Source: Bdellovibrionota bacterium
GTDB lineage: Bacteria; Bdellovibrionota; UBA1018; UBA923
DNA: 41,970 nucleotides
Direction: 5' to 3'
NCBI GenBank assembly: GCA_040754655.1
Contig: JBFMCE010000025.1
Coordinates: 1 to 41,970 of the forward strand
A model generated the notes under the pieces. The model saw only the letters and a program-made list of their open reading frames with translations. It was not told where the DNA came from and did not search any database. Positions 1 through 9,700 of the stretch are shown piece by piece; positions within the stretch are counted from its first letter, which is position 1; each line of letters begins with the position of its first letter. The position numbers were made by a program, and so were the translations under genes.

Positions 1-42
1 CCTAAAGTTGAAATCTCTTGCACAAACCAAGTCTACCATTGG

Positions 43-1104
43 CTAGCCCGTCTCACCAATGCCTAAGTCAAAACACACCGTGTCATGAAAAAGAGGCCTA
101 AAACTCTTGATTTTCTCATTTTTCCGGCTCGGATGCACCCTGTTGGTGAGTAAAGTTACGATGAGTTCTTTTGATGGATCAATCCAAACGCTCGTGCCGG
201 TGAATCCGAGATGACCACGGGTTGCAGGGCTAAAGTATTTTCCGGCGGATGAGTCTACGGGACTCACTGAGTCCCAACCCAAAAATCGCGTTGAGCCTTT
301 GATGTGCTGGTGCGTCCAGTATTTCACGGCGATTTCTTGGCTGAGAAAGCTTGGTCTGCCTAGAAAGGCATCAAGCCAGTATTTTGAAAGTTCGAGTACA
401 TCGCGGACGCCGCCAAAAAGCCCGGCATGTCCTGCTACCCCTCCGAGCACGTAACAGTTGTCGTCGTGAACTTCTCCTCGCAAGATGCGACCCCTCCAAG
501 GGCAATCTTCCGTCGGAACCACATCGGGCGAAATTGGAAGAAACTGCAAACTCTCAAGTCCAAGTGGTCTCGCGACCCATTCTTGGAATAAAGTGTCGAG
601 CGGTGCTTGAAAGGTTTTTTCCAAGATCCATCCCAAGAGTATCGGCCCTAAGTCTGAGTAGGTGGATTTTTTTTCAAAGTCCGCGGGCATCCAACTTTCG
701 AGAATCCTCTCTTCATAGATCTGCCTTGCTTTGGCTGGAGTTTCTTTTGGATCAAAATCACCTAGGCCATCGGTTCGGTGAAAAGACCCATGGAGGTCGA
801 TCCAGCTTGGAAATCCGCTCGAATGGTCAAGCAGGTGCGAGAGTTTGACCCGAGAATCCTTAAAGTTGGGAAAATATTCTTGGAGAGGTGAGTCGATCGA
901 GATCTTTTTGTTTTGCTCTGCCAGCGCATACAACGTCGCCGTGCAAAGCACCTTGGTCAAAGAGGCCAGATCAAAAAGCGACTCTGGACCGCACCCGCCA
1001 GAGAGAAATTGGGTCTTTTGCCGAAAGTGTACGGCTGCTGAATACGCTGAAAACACATCGTCTCGGGCTTTTTCTAAAAGTTGTTTTGTTCTTTCGAGCT
1101 GCAT
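43..1104 (-). CDS. Serine hydrolase, beta-lactamase class C / AmiE-like family
   Basis: FDLASLTK (SxxK), YSDLG, GEVHDDN...GGVAGHAGLF, GHLGFTGTS and LTNRVHP motifs; start overlaps the upstream gene's stop (TAATG). Confidence 0.9.
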   Translation of the reverse strand: MQLERTKQLLEKARDDVFSAYSAAVHFRQKTQFLSGGCGPESLFDLASLTKVLCTATLYALAEQNKKISIDSPLQEYFPNFKDSRVKLSHLLDHSSGFPSWIDLHGSFHRTDGLGDFDPKETPAKARQIYEERILESWMPADFEKKSTYSDLGPILLGWILEKTFQAPLDTLFQEWVARPLGLESLQFLPISPDVVPTEDCPWRGRILRGEVHDDNCYVLGGVAGHAGLFGGVRDVLELSKYWLDAFLGRPSFLSQEIAVKYWTHQHIKGSTRFLGWDSVSPVDSSAGKYFSPATRGHLGFTGTSVWIDPSKELIVTLLTNRVHPSRKNEKIKSFRPLFHDTVCFDLGIGETG

Positions 1105-2090
1105 TAGCGGGCACCAGATTCAAGAAAAACGAGTTCGGGTCGGGCTTGATCAGCGACGAGCTCAACCTCGCATCCAATGGGAAAGGTGAGCTGAGGTTTT
1201 CCGTGTCCAGCTGGGAAGTCGTATAAGATTGGAATCTGGCGCTTCTCAAGCAAAGGCTCAAGTGCCATTTCTATGGCTTCAATCGCTTTTGTCTGAGAAC
1301 TGTCTTTGGCGAGTTCAGGCGGTTCACAGTGAGCCATCTGTCCGAAAACGATGCCACGCACTTGATCTAATTTTCCTGAATGCAAGAGGTGGGTCGTCAT
1401 ACGGTCAAGCCGAAAGGGTCGCTCGTCGACGTCTTCGATGAAGAGAATCTTATCGCGAGTATCGATTTCATAGGACGTGCCCAAAGAACTCACGAGCAGA
1501 CTCAAACACCCGCCGACAAGCCGTCCTTTTGCGCGGCCTTCACTCATCACGCGTGTTTGCTCGTCTGAAATCGCGCCCAAAGGCTCATCAGTAAACATCG
1601 CCGTTTGAAAACTCATCTCTTCTAGAGAAACTGGATCGCGAAAGGGCCTGCTTGCAACCACCGGACCATGATAGGTGACCCAACCCAAGTCTTGATAGAG
1701 CCCATTCAATAAAATAGTGAGGTCGCTATAGCCCAAGACTTTTTTGGGTTTCAAACGTTTGTGTTTTTTTAGCTTCTCGATGAGTTTTGGGTAAATCCGG
1801 GCACATCCATAACCGCCTCTTATTGCAAAGACCGCATCGACTTCGGGATTTGTGAGCCAAAACAAAAGCTCCTCAAGCCGTCTTTCGTCAGTTCCAGCAA
1901 AGTATGAAAATCGCTGATTCACGTTTTCTAAAGCTGTCGTGCGCACGCCATATTTACTTTCGAGGTAGGATGAGCCCTGTGCAAGCGCTTCGGGGTCAAA
2001 CCCAAAAGCAGGCGCTACAAGGGCGACCATGCTGCCTGGTTTAAGTTTTTCAGGCCACTTCACTTGAAGTTTGCGCGAAGAGGGTGCCAT
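1104..2090 (-). CDS. ldcA: LD-carboxypeptidase (peptidase S66)
   Basis: RGGYG, GYSDLT (catalytic Ser), LFIEDVDE (Glu), FPAGHG (His). Confidence 0.92.
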   Translation of the reverse strand: MAPSSRKLQVKWPEKLKPGSMVALVAPAFGFDPEALAQGSSYLESKYGVRTTALENVNQRFSYFAGTDERRLEELLFWLTNPEVDAVFAIRGGYGCARIYPKLIEKLKKHKRLKPKKVLGYSDLTILLNGLYQDLGWVTYHGPVVASRPFRDPVSLEEMSFQTAMFTDEPLGAISDEQTRVMSEGRAKGRLVGGCLSLLVSSLGTSYEIDTRDKILFIEDVDERPFRLDRMTTHLLHSGKLDQVRGIVFGQMAHCEPPELAKDSSQTKAIEAIEMALEPLLEKRQIPILYDFPAGHGKPQLTFPIGCEVELVADQARPELVFLESGAR

Positions 2091-2093
2091 TGC

Positions 2094-2600
2094 CTACGAG
2101 TATGACATTGCGTCGGGTAATCTCTCAATGGCTTTCAACAAACGTTCAATGGATTTCTGATCTTCTGCGTCAAAGTTTGCGGCTTTGTGGCTATCGAGAT
2201 CAAATACGCCAACTAAGGTGCGCCCACTTTCCAGTTTTCGATAGACAGGCACCACAAGCTCGGATCTTGCGAGCGGATCACAGGCCACATGACCTTCAAA
2301 CTGATGTACGTCTTCAACGAGAACGGAGTTTTCGCTTTCAAGTGCTCTTCCGCAGACTCCTTGGCCAGGCTTGAGATGCAGACACGCGAGTTTTCCTTGA
2401 TAAGGGCCGACCCAGAGGTGCCGGTCGACGTTACGGTAGAATCCCACCCAGCTTAAGGTTTCAAAACTGTCTTTTAGCAATGCGATCAGGGAGACCAACG
2501 CAGTTTCCCAGGGGATCTCTTTGTCGTGAAGAATGCCTTCGAAGGAACGCTCAATTTCTTTGTAAAGAGCCGTTTTACTTTTTGGCTGCAATTCGCTCAT
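2094..2600 (-). CDS. msrC: GAF-domain free methionine-R-sulfoxide reductase
   Basis: WVGFY, GPYQGKLAC, GQGVCG, FEGHVACD, SELVVP, DLDS; all three family cysteines present. Confidence 0.85.
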   Translation of the reverse strand: MSELQPKSKTALYKEIERSFEGILHDKEIPWETALVSLIALLKDSFETLSWVGFYRNVDRHLWVGPYQGKLACLHLKPGQGVCGRALESENSVLVEDVHQFEGHVACDPLARSELVVPVYRKLESGRTLVGVFDLDSHKAANFDAEDQKSIERLLKAIERLPDAMSYS

Positions 2601-2621
2601 GGCTTATACATACTTTCAGTT

Positions 2622-3242
2622 ATGAAAAGGCTTCAAGGGTTTTCTCTATTATTTCTGGCGTTGTTTCTTTTTCAAGGCTCGCTGCGAGCCTTTTCCGAAG
2701 TTTCGGTGATATCGCGGTCTGAAGCGCCTCAAGCAAGCCCTCAGCTCGAAAATAGTCCCGCGGGAAACAATGACCAGGGAATGATCGACCGCCTTGTTGA
2801 GAACAAAGAAAAGGCTTCAGATCACTATAAGGCCTTGAACCAAATAAACCCGATGTCAGAGGTACCATTCGGAAACCAAGCGTCAGACAACTTGCCCGAG
2901 AAGTTGAAGTGGCTCAAACCCGTTCTTGAAAATAAAACCGTCATTGAGCGGGCTAAGAAAATCGTTTCAGTCGTATACGATCCCGAGGTGCAAAAAAGCG
3001 GTCGTGCCATCGCGGACAATCCCAATCTCAAATGGCTCTATGTCGGGCTCGGCGTTGTTTTTGTCTCTTATTTTTTATTGAAGAGGCGAGTGCTTGCGGC
3101 GACGGATCGGATGATGGTAAGAGCGCTTTTGCGTCTTACGATGTTCGTCGTTTTTCTGCTTTCCTTGTTCACCGTTTCATACGGAATTTTGGGGCAACCC
3201 CTAATAGGCATGCTCATGGCTCTCAAAACCATTTTGGTCTGA
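2622..3242 (+). CDS. Hypothetical membrane protein (signal peptide, C-terminal TM helices)
   Basis: In-frame ATG at 2622 gives MKRLQGFSLLFLALFLF; hydrophobic C-terminal segments; the ORF-track start at 2526 would overlap msrC. Confidence 0.7.
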   Translation: MKRLQGFSLLFLALFLFQGSLRAFSEVSVISRSEAPQASPQLENSPAGNNDQGMIDRLVENKEKASDHYKALNQINPMSEVPFGNQASDNLPEKLKWLKPVLENKTVIERAKKIVSVVYDPEVQKSGRAIADNPNLKWLYVGLGVVFVSYFLLKRRVLAATDRMMVRALLRLTMFVVFLLSLFTVSYGILGQPLIGMLMALKTILV

Positions 3243-4052
3243 CGCTGATTCTTTCTTCTTAAGAAACCCGATCTTTGGTTTGATGAGCTGGTTCGTATAG
3301 TCAAAGTATTCAAGGGTGGCCGCATAAAGCCGGTCGAGGAATTCGAGGTTTTCAAGTTCGGGAGCACTCTTGATTTTTTTATAGGCGAGGATGAAATCCC
3401 TGCGATACTGCTTTCGGAAAACTAGTGAATCGCGTGTAGGAGATACGGCTCGCCTTCGGATTGAAATCAACAAGTCGTGGTAATGCGCGGAAATCTCAGA
3501 GGCGGTGACGACCACTTCGTCTTTGAAGTCGATGAGCTCTGCCTTGCGTTCTTCGCTCAAGTCCGAACGCGTGTTGAGTTGTTCATCAAACTTCAGTCCT
3601 ACGCGGTTAGCGAGTTGGACCTCGCGATCAAATTTCTGGCCCGTGATCGGATGAGCCGTTCCTAAATGCAAGGCGTGGCGAAGTTCATGCACCAGCGTGT
3701 TCAGCGAAGCGATCTTTGAGTCAAGATAAACGGCATTGGTTTCGCTGTCGAAGTAGCCTTCGAGTTCCTCGCCATCGCGTATGGGGACCCCAGCCATGCG
3801 GGCTAGGTTGGTTTTCCATTTTACCGTCACGCCCAAGGTTTCTGCTGTTTTCAATAAAGTTTTATAACGCGGGTGTTTCCTAGTTGCGGTCTTGCCGGGC
3901 TCTACAGGGGATACACTGCGTGGTTTTACTTCGATGCAGATGAAGTGCCCTGGGGCTGTGCAATGCCTCTTTCGAGTTTGAGCCGGACTAGAAAAGCCCG
4001 GGTCGGGAAGGAGAACGGCCAGGACGAACAGAACAAGAAAGTATTTTTGCAT
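3201..4052 (-). CDS. Secreted HEXXH zincin-like metallopeptidase
   Basis: Signal peptide MQKYFLVLFVLAVLL; GYFDSETNAVYL...TLVHELRHALH; downstream SEISAH as possible third ligand. Confidence 0.7.
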   Translation of the reverse strand: MQKYFLVLFVLAVLLPDPGFSSPAQTRKRHCTAPGHFICIEVKPRSVSPVEPGKTATRKHPRYKTLLKTAETLGVTVKWKTNLARMAGVPIRDGEELEGYFDSETNAVYLDSKIASLNTLVHELRHALHLGTAHPITGQKFDREVQLANRVGLKFDEQLNTRSDLSEERKAELIDFKDEVVVTASEISAHYHDLLISIRRRAVSPTRDSLVFRKQYRRDFILAYKKIKSAPELENLEFLDRLYAATLEYFDYTNQLIKPKIGFLKKKESASDQNGFESHEHAY

Positions 4053-4123
4053 TTGTCGCCCCCGCATTGAGAGAAGCGTTACGCACCTGGGTTCGGAATG
4101 TCAAGGTGGGTCGCTTGATCCCG

Positions 4124-4140
4124 CTGGAACATGCTTTGCA
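4124..4140 (+). promoter_or_regulatory. Candidate sigma54 -24/-12 promoter
   Basis: CTGGAACATGCTTTGCA has GG-N10-GC spacing, 43 nt upstream of ATG 4184. Confidence 0.55.
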
Positions 4141-4183
4141 AAAGCAGCAGAAAGAAAAACTTTCAAATGAGGAGCAAAACATT

Positions 4184-4495
4184 ATGGCATTCACATCACC
4201 GACTAAGATCAATGAAAACGTTCGTGAAGGCGACCTTACGCGCAAGATCGAGGAACAGACGGGTAAAGTGCCTAGTCTTGGTTACCTGAGTCTTGCTCTA
4301 GGGGCGATGGCCGTTTCAGCGACATTGGAATTCGTGCTGCGCAAGAAAGAGATCGCGAATTTCGTTGGCCTTTGGGTGCCCAGCATCCTGATCATGGGCC
4401 TTTATAATAAAATTGTGAAGCTTGAGCATGAGCAAAGCAGCAGCGGTACCGTCGGAATTTCAACCGAAGGGCGTTTGACAAGTTATCCCTCGTAA
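4184..4495 (+). CDS. Small hypothetical membrane protein
   Basis: GAGGAG RBS at 4169-4174; EGDLTRKIEEQT..PS..YL...FVGLW.P..L.MGLYNKIVK resembles a widespread uncharacterised two-TM family; followed by a terminator. Confidence 0.8.
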   Translation: MAFTSPTKINENVREGDLTRKIEEQTGKVPSLGYLSLALGAMAVSATLEFVLRKKEIANFVGLWVPSILIMGLYNKIVKLEHEQSSSGTVGISTEGRLTSYPS

Positions 4496-4522
4496 GACCG
4501 ATTCAATACAAGCTCATAAGCG

Positions 4523-4568
4523 AAAAGCAGCGGCCACAAACTCTTAGGTTAGAGGCCGCTGCTTTTTT
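4523..4568. terminator. Bidirectional intrinsic terminator
   Basis: AAAAGCAGCGGCC (4523-4535) pairs with GGCCGCTGCTTTT (4554-4566); A/T tracts on both sides; lies between convergent genes. Confidence 0.85.
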
Positions 4569-4575
4569 ATTGCCC

Positions 4576-5022
4576 TTAAGATTTGACGTGTTTCTTGACG
4601 AAGGCGTTCACGGCGTCAGCCACTTCGTGAAAATAATCTTTTTCGCGAAACTGGCATTCTTGAACCGAGTTCGAGCTGGCCATGTCTTGCAAGAATTTTT
4701 GAAGCCGATACAAGGGGCCGGCAACTCTGTGCGAAAGATAAATCCCGTAGGCAACGAGGAAGGTGAACGCGAAGATCGCCGTAACCAGGAAGATCATATT
4801 CATGGTGCCGCGTTGTTCGGCTAAGAATTGAAAGAAAACATGATCAGGGGGCAGGCCCAGGTCTTTTCCCTTCTTCACGAATTCCCAGAAGAAGTAAATG
4901 TTGGCCGCGTAGAAAATCGCGATCATCAGCAGAGCCATGGCTACCATGTAGCCAATGAAGCTCAGTTGAAACCTGGGGTTGATAAGTAAAACCTTTCGAT
5001 TCTCTGAAGAAGGGTTCGCCAT
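4576..5022 (-). CDS. Two-TM membrane protein with HAMP-like C-terminus
   Basis: RKVLLINPRFQ, two TM helices, SHRVAGPLYRL...FREKDYFHEVADAVN; GGAG RBS upstream. Confidence 0.8.
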   Translation of the reverse strand: MANPSSENRKVLLINPRFQLSFIGYMVAMALLMIAIFYAANIYFFWEFVKKGKDLGLPPDHVFFQFLAEQRGTMNMIFLVTAIFAFTFLVAYGIYLSHRVAGPLYRLQKFLQDMASSNSVQECQFREKDYFHEVADAVNAFVKKHVKS

Positions 5023-5159
5023 TTGACTCCTATGTTAAACAGACTTTATTAAGATGCAACAAAAGGAAACAATCTCTTTGCAAGTTTGAATGAAATATCG
5101 GCCTCAGTGTTGACCTTGGATGCGCCGCGTGTTAGCCGCAGTGTTTGAAGGGGGATGCG

Positions 5160-6437
5160 ATGGGGGCATTGCGCCGATTTGGTTCAAGGTTCGTTCAGAT
5201 TCTCATTCTCATTTTTTCATGGGCGGTGTTTTCAGGATGCCCCAGCGAGGCCCCATCACAAGCCTTTCCTAAAAAGACCATGCTTTGGGAGCTTGCGAAT
5301 CCTAGATATGACGGCGATGTGAAAGCGCTTCTCGAGAATGCAAAAAATCACGAGGTGCTAGTCGCAGTGCTCGATAGCGGAATCGACTATAATAATAAGC
5401 GCTTCAAGCGTCACCTTCATGCCTTTTCGACAAATCCCAACTCGGGCAGGTTTTACGGCCTCGGACTTGATCTGTTGGGGAAGGACTATTTTCCCTCTTA
5501 TCAAATTTTAGATCCGTCGACGGGTGCGGACGCTAGCGCGAATTTTGATGGGACCGCCGAGCATGGAACCCACGTCGCGGGTCTTGCTCTTCCCAATGAC
5601 CCTCGCGTGGGTGTGGTGCCAGTGCGGGTCATTCCCGTTGCAAGCCGAATCAACGATACTTTTGTTTTTGGCGATCAAGGTGAAGGTGAAGCCGAGATGA
5701 CTCGTCGTTTTCTTAAGCTCGTTATTCGAGGACTTGATTTTGCCGTGCGCCAGGGCGCTTCTATCGTGAATATCAGCTTGGGCGCTTCGGTCGAAGAGTT
5801 TCCAGAAGAGTCTCGGCGCGAGTTCTTGAGGCTTATCGAAGCGACAGCATTGCCCAAACTTAAGGGTCCTTGGAAAAATACGCTGATGGTGATCGCGGCG
5901 GGCAATGAACGTTCAAACATGAAGAAAGTGACGTTGTCGATTCCCGCGACCATCAACCACCCGGATCTTTTGTCAGTGGGGGCGCTGAAGAACAAACGCA
6001 TGGTTGCGGAGTATTCTAATTTCGGACGGTTCGTTGACGTCTATACGAGAGGAAGCGATGTCAGAAGCGCTCTGCCTGAGAATGAACGCGGCTTGATGAG
6101 CGGCACTTCAATGGCGACCCCGCTCGTTGCCAATCTCGCCGCCCAGCTCAAGTTGATCGAGCCTGGGCTGAACCCTAGGCAATTGCGCGCGCTGATTCTC
6201 AATACGGCTGATATCGAGATGCTGCCGCTGGAACCTGAAAGTGTCGCGGAAAACGAGAAGCCAAGGTCAAAATACAAGGGCGGGCCTCGCGCTCTCAAGG
6301 CCTATGTCGTAAACTTTGCCAAGGCGAGAAAGGCTGCCAAGGCCTTGGCGGCAATGACAGAAAAAGATCGCAAGCGACTCTTAAAGCCTCCGTTTGAACA
6401 CGGCTATGCGCCGGCGGTGCTGCGAAGGCGAAAGTAG
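5160..6437 (+). CDS. S8 subtilisin-like serine protease, probable lipoprotein
   Basis: VAVLDSGID, HGTHVAG, AAGN and GTSMATP give the catalytic triad and oxyanion Asn; lipobox-like FSGC. Confidence 0.92.
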   Translation: MGALRRFGSRFVQILILIFSWAVFSGCPSEAPSQAFPKKTMLWELANPRYDGDVKALLENAKNHEVLVAVLDSGIDYNNKRFKRHLHAFSTNPNSGRFYGLGLDLLGKDYFPSYQILDPSTGADASANFDGTAEHGTHVAGLALPNDPRVGVVPVRVIPVASRINDTFVFGDQGEGEAEMTRRFLKLVIRGLDFAVRQGASIVNISLGASVEEFPEESRREFLRLIEATALPKLKGPWKNTLMVIAAGNERSNMKKVTLSIPATINHPDLLSVGALKNKRMVAEYSNFGRFVDVYTRGSDVRSALPENERGLMSGTSMATPLVANLAAQLKLIEPGLNPRQLRALILNTADIEMLPLEPESVAENEKPRSKYKGGPRALKAYVVNFAKARKAAKALAAMTEKDRKRLLKPPFEHGYAPAVLRRRK

Positions 6438-6738
6438 AATCCCGCATAAGTTGGTTCCCGCTGTAGGCGGCTGCAAAACGGCGCTGAAGCGGCGTGGGGA
6501 CCAAGAAAAATCTGCCTGTCGAGGATTTGCTACTGATGTAGGGGATTCTAGACATGCAGAGTGCTACGCTTTCGTACTCGTTCCTTCCCGGATTTCCACT
6601 GAAATGAACGTTTGAGCGGTTCGTAATAAAATATTTCTTTCTCGTTATAAGGCTGTTTTCGATGCTTTTTCGAGGAAGTGAGCATTTTTTTTCTTTCGGG
6701 CGCGTCTCCTGGAACGTCATTTGAAATGCAACAGGGTC

Positions 6739-9700
6739 ATGCGAAAAATTTTCCTCATTTTTGGTTTGTTGTGGTCGGTTTCCACTCAAGCAATCACCCT
6801 GCCCGCGGCTGATCCTGCGTTTCCCTTGCAGTTTCGGACCAGTGCTTCTGCCAAGGGATACCACGGGTTTGATTATCAATTCACGACGGCGCTTTCTGAT
6901 TTGGATCTGTTCTCGTCTGGGTTCCGGGTTTTCTATACGATCTTAGGCCGTCAGGCAGAGTTTGATCCCACCGATTACGTTGAGTTGCGAGTAGGGATGA
7001 ACTCAAGCGCGCGTACGGCGAGTTCTCCTGAGTCTTATCTTTTATCTCTCGCTTCGGGTTTGAATACGATACGTCTGGTGAGAGTAAATCATCTTCCGGC
7101 CGGAACCTCCATCGGACTTAGAGTCTGCATGCCCCTGGCTGGCTCAAATGGCTTGCGTTGTTCAGCGCAACTTGTAGGACAAACTTTAGGTGCGGCGCCC
7201 ATTTCCGTAGAGACGCAAGGCCAACCTCTTCCGGCTGCGATCGGTTCATTGGCGACGTCTTCGCCCATTGTGATACCGACGGAACATCAATTGACCTATG
7301 CTCCCGGCGCTACAAGGCTTTCCCTTGTGGACTATCCTCTGGCGAACTACAGAGCTTATGAGTGCCCCCCGTCGTCTCAGCGATGTGTGGCACTGAGCTC
7401 GGCGACGACTCCAATTGCTCGCATTCAAGGCAATCCTGAAAACGGGCTAAGCTACCGGGTCATTATGACATCTCTCAATCCGGGCTCGACTCATTCGTTC
7501 GTGGTTTGCGCTCACCCTGCTTCTAGTGGGCTGGCTGTAAGGTGTAGCAATCGCATGGCGGGTGCTACGACGGGGCCTGCTCTCACGCTTCCTCGTCAGG
7601 TTGTTTCTTCTTATCTTCAATCTACGCTTGCATCGACGAGCGCGATCACAGCCCCTCAGGTGGGTGCCGGCGGGATCACGAACTTGGCGGCAAGTGAATT
7701 TGCGAGCTTTGAAGGACGCGCTGGCGCCTATCTTCGTGGCAACGCCTATGTGCGTTTTCCGCTGAATGGCTCGTGGGATTTGAATCGCGGCGAGGTTGAG
7801 TTTTACTTCAGGCCCAACTATGCGCCACAAGACGACGATATCCCTCACCAGCTGCTGGTGATCGGAGACATTTATCAGGCCCCGCGCATCGTCTTGAGTG
7901 AGTCTGATACCTTGTCTTTGCAAGTCATGACGCCCAACTGGAGTTCGCACGTTGTAGCTTCAGACTGGCGTCAACCTTTGTGGAGAGCTTCAGAGTGGGT
8001 GCACATTCGCGCATCGTGGGACAGCTCTCACGCAACCGACAGTTTGCGATTGTTCGTGAACGGAGCGCGCGTAGCTCCAAACCGCGTGGTGCCTGGTGGC
8101 TGGGCTGTTCAGACAGCGGCAACATCGATTCAGCGTTCGGCTGTATTCGTAGGGTCTGCAAATGTTGATGGCATGGCCTCGGCAAATGCAGTGATCGCTG
8201 GGCTTACGATACGACCGACCGTGGGTGGAGGAGGGGGGGCTCCCGCTCCGACACCTGCGCCGACTCCGGTTCCAACGCCAGTTCCAACGCCGACTCCGAC
8301 ACCGACTCCAACTCCGGTCCCAACGCCAGTTCCAACGCCGACTCCGACACCGGTCCCAACTCCAACTCCAACTCCAACTCCAACTCCAACTCCGGCCCCA
8401 GTCCCTGGAGCTTTGGTCACCTCACTTGAGGTGCGCGAAACTGAAGGTGTCGCTCGAAATTCTGAAATTTTGCAATCCGGAGTACCTCTCCCACGTACCC
8501 TCAATATTACGAACGTCAACGAACTCGCCGTTCTCAATGCGCAAGGACAGGCTATTCCAGCGGAATTCCGGGTTTTGGCGCGATGGCATGCGGGTCGAAA
8601 CGTGGTGAGCGCCCCGATCCAATGGGTTCTTGTGAGTTTTCCAGCGTCAGTGGGCGCAAATCAAAGCACTTCTTATCAATTGGTGCGCGGGGCAAGCTCT
8701 GCCCAGAAACCTGCGATTGCTCAACCGATCACATTGACGCAATCCGGAAATCGAATCACGGTAAACACCGGGGCTGCGAGTTTTGTGCTCGGAGGCTCGT
8801 CGGCTTCGCTCTTTGACGAAATCAGGGTGGCAAGCGGGGCTCAAATCGCGTCCGGCAGTTCAATGACCGGTGTTGTGAACAACACCTCCTTGACGCACCC
8901 TACGCTTCGCCAGGTTCGAATTGAACACTCAGGCGCTCTCTCGGCGACGGTGATCGTGGATGGCGAATACAGCTTATCGCCTATCGGTGGCGGAGCGATT
9001 TCGTCGCAAAGGCGCTATACGTTCAAAGCGGGTTCGCCTACTGCGATCGTTCGCCACGCCGTGAAGTGGGAAGGCGACCTCTGCGGGCTCGGAACCTTGA
9101 ATTGCAATGGTTCGATGAACGCTGTCTTGGCGAATCGTTTCAGCGACAGTTTGACTCCGACGCTTGCGGGTTCGCGAAGGGTGACAGCAGTTGGCGCGGC
9201 AGATTCGGCCTCGCTTGAAGCCGCGATCTCAGTGAATCAAACTGCAAGTGTGCAGCAGGCTCTAAGAGCCCAGAGAACAGATGCTTATCGGTTCTCGGTC
9301 AACGTGCCTGGGGCGGCCTCGCAAAACGGCGCTTTGGCCGATGGCGGGATGCTCGCTTTGAATGGCTCTCTCAGCGATGGCGCTCAAGGCACGCTTGCCG
9401 TCGCGCTTTATCACATGCACCGCTATGAACCTCAGGCGCTTCGCGTGGCGGCGAATGGATCTTTATCAATAGATTTTGTTGATAATACGGCTTGGATCGG
9501 TTCTCGCCAGGGGCTTTTTGCCACGATGGCCGTGAGCGCGTTGAGCGGAAGCGCCACGAGAAGCGCGCTTAATGAGCGCGTTTGGGCTCCCCTCAATTAT
9601 CCGCTAAGGGCTTGGGCCCCGGCCAGGTGGTTCAATGATTCGCAAGCGGTCGATGAGTTTCCGGTCGGAGCGCTTGCTTCAGAACTCGCCGCGTATGACA

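Noticed and set aside
1..39. Start of a further minus-strand gene (MVDLVCARDFNFR) 3 bp after the hydrolase stop
   Set aside because: Only 13 codons are visible, too little to support a call
43..1104. True beta-lactamase resistance gene
   Set aside because: YSD and HLG motifs and the ldcA context point to an amidase/esterase-type member
6435..6550. TPP or cobalamin riboswitch
   Set aside because: Only fragmentary resemblance; the core CUGAGA and B12-box motifs are missing
6295..6879. 194-aa minus-strand ORF
   Set aside because: Overlaps two well-supported + strand genes and has no motifs
8130..8608. GV-, EL- and QL-repeat ORFs in other frames
   Set aside because: Shadows of the PT-linker hexamer repeat
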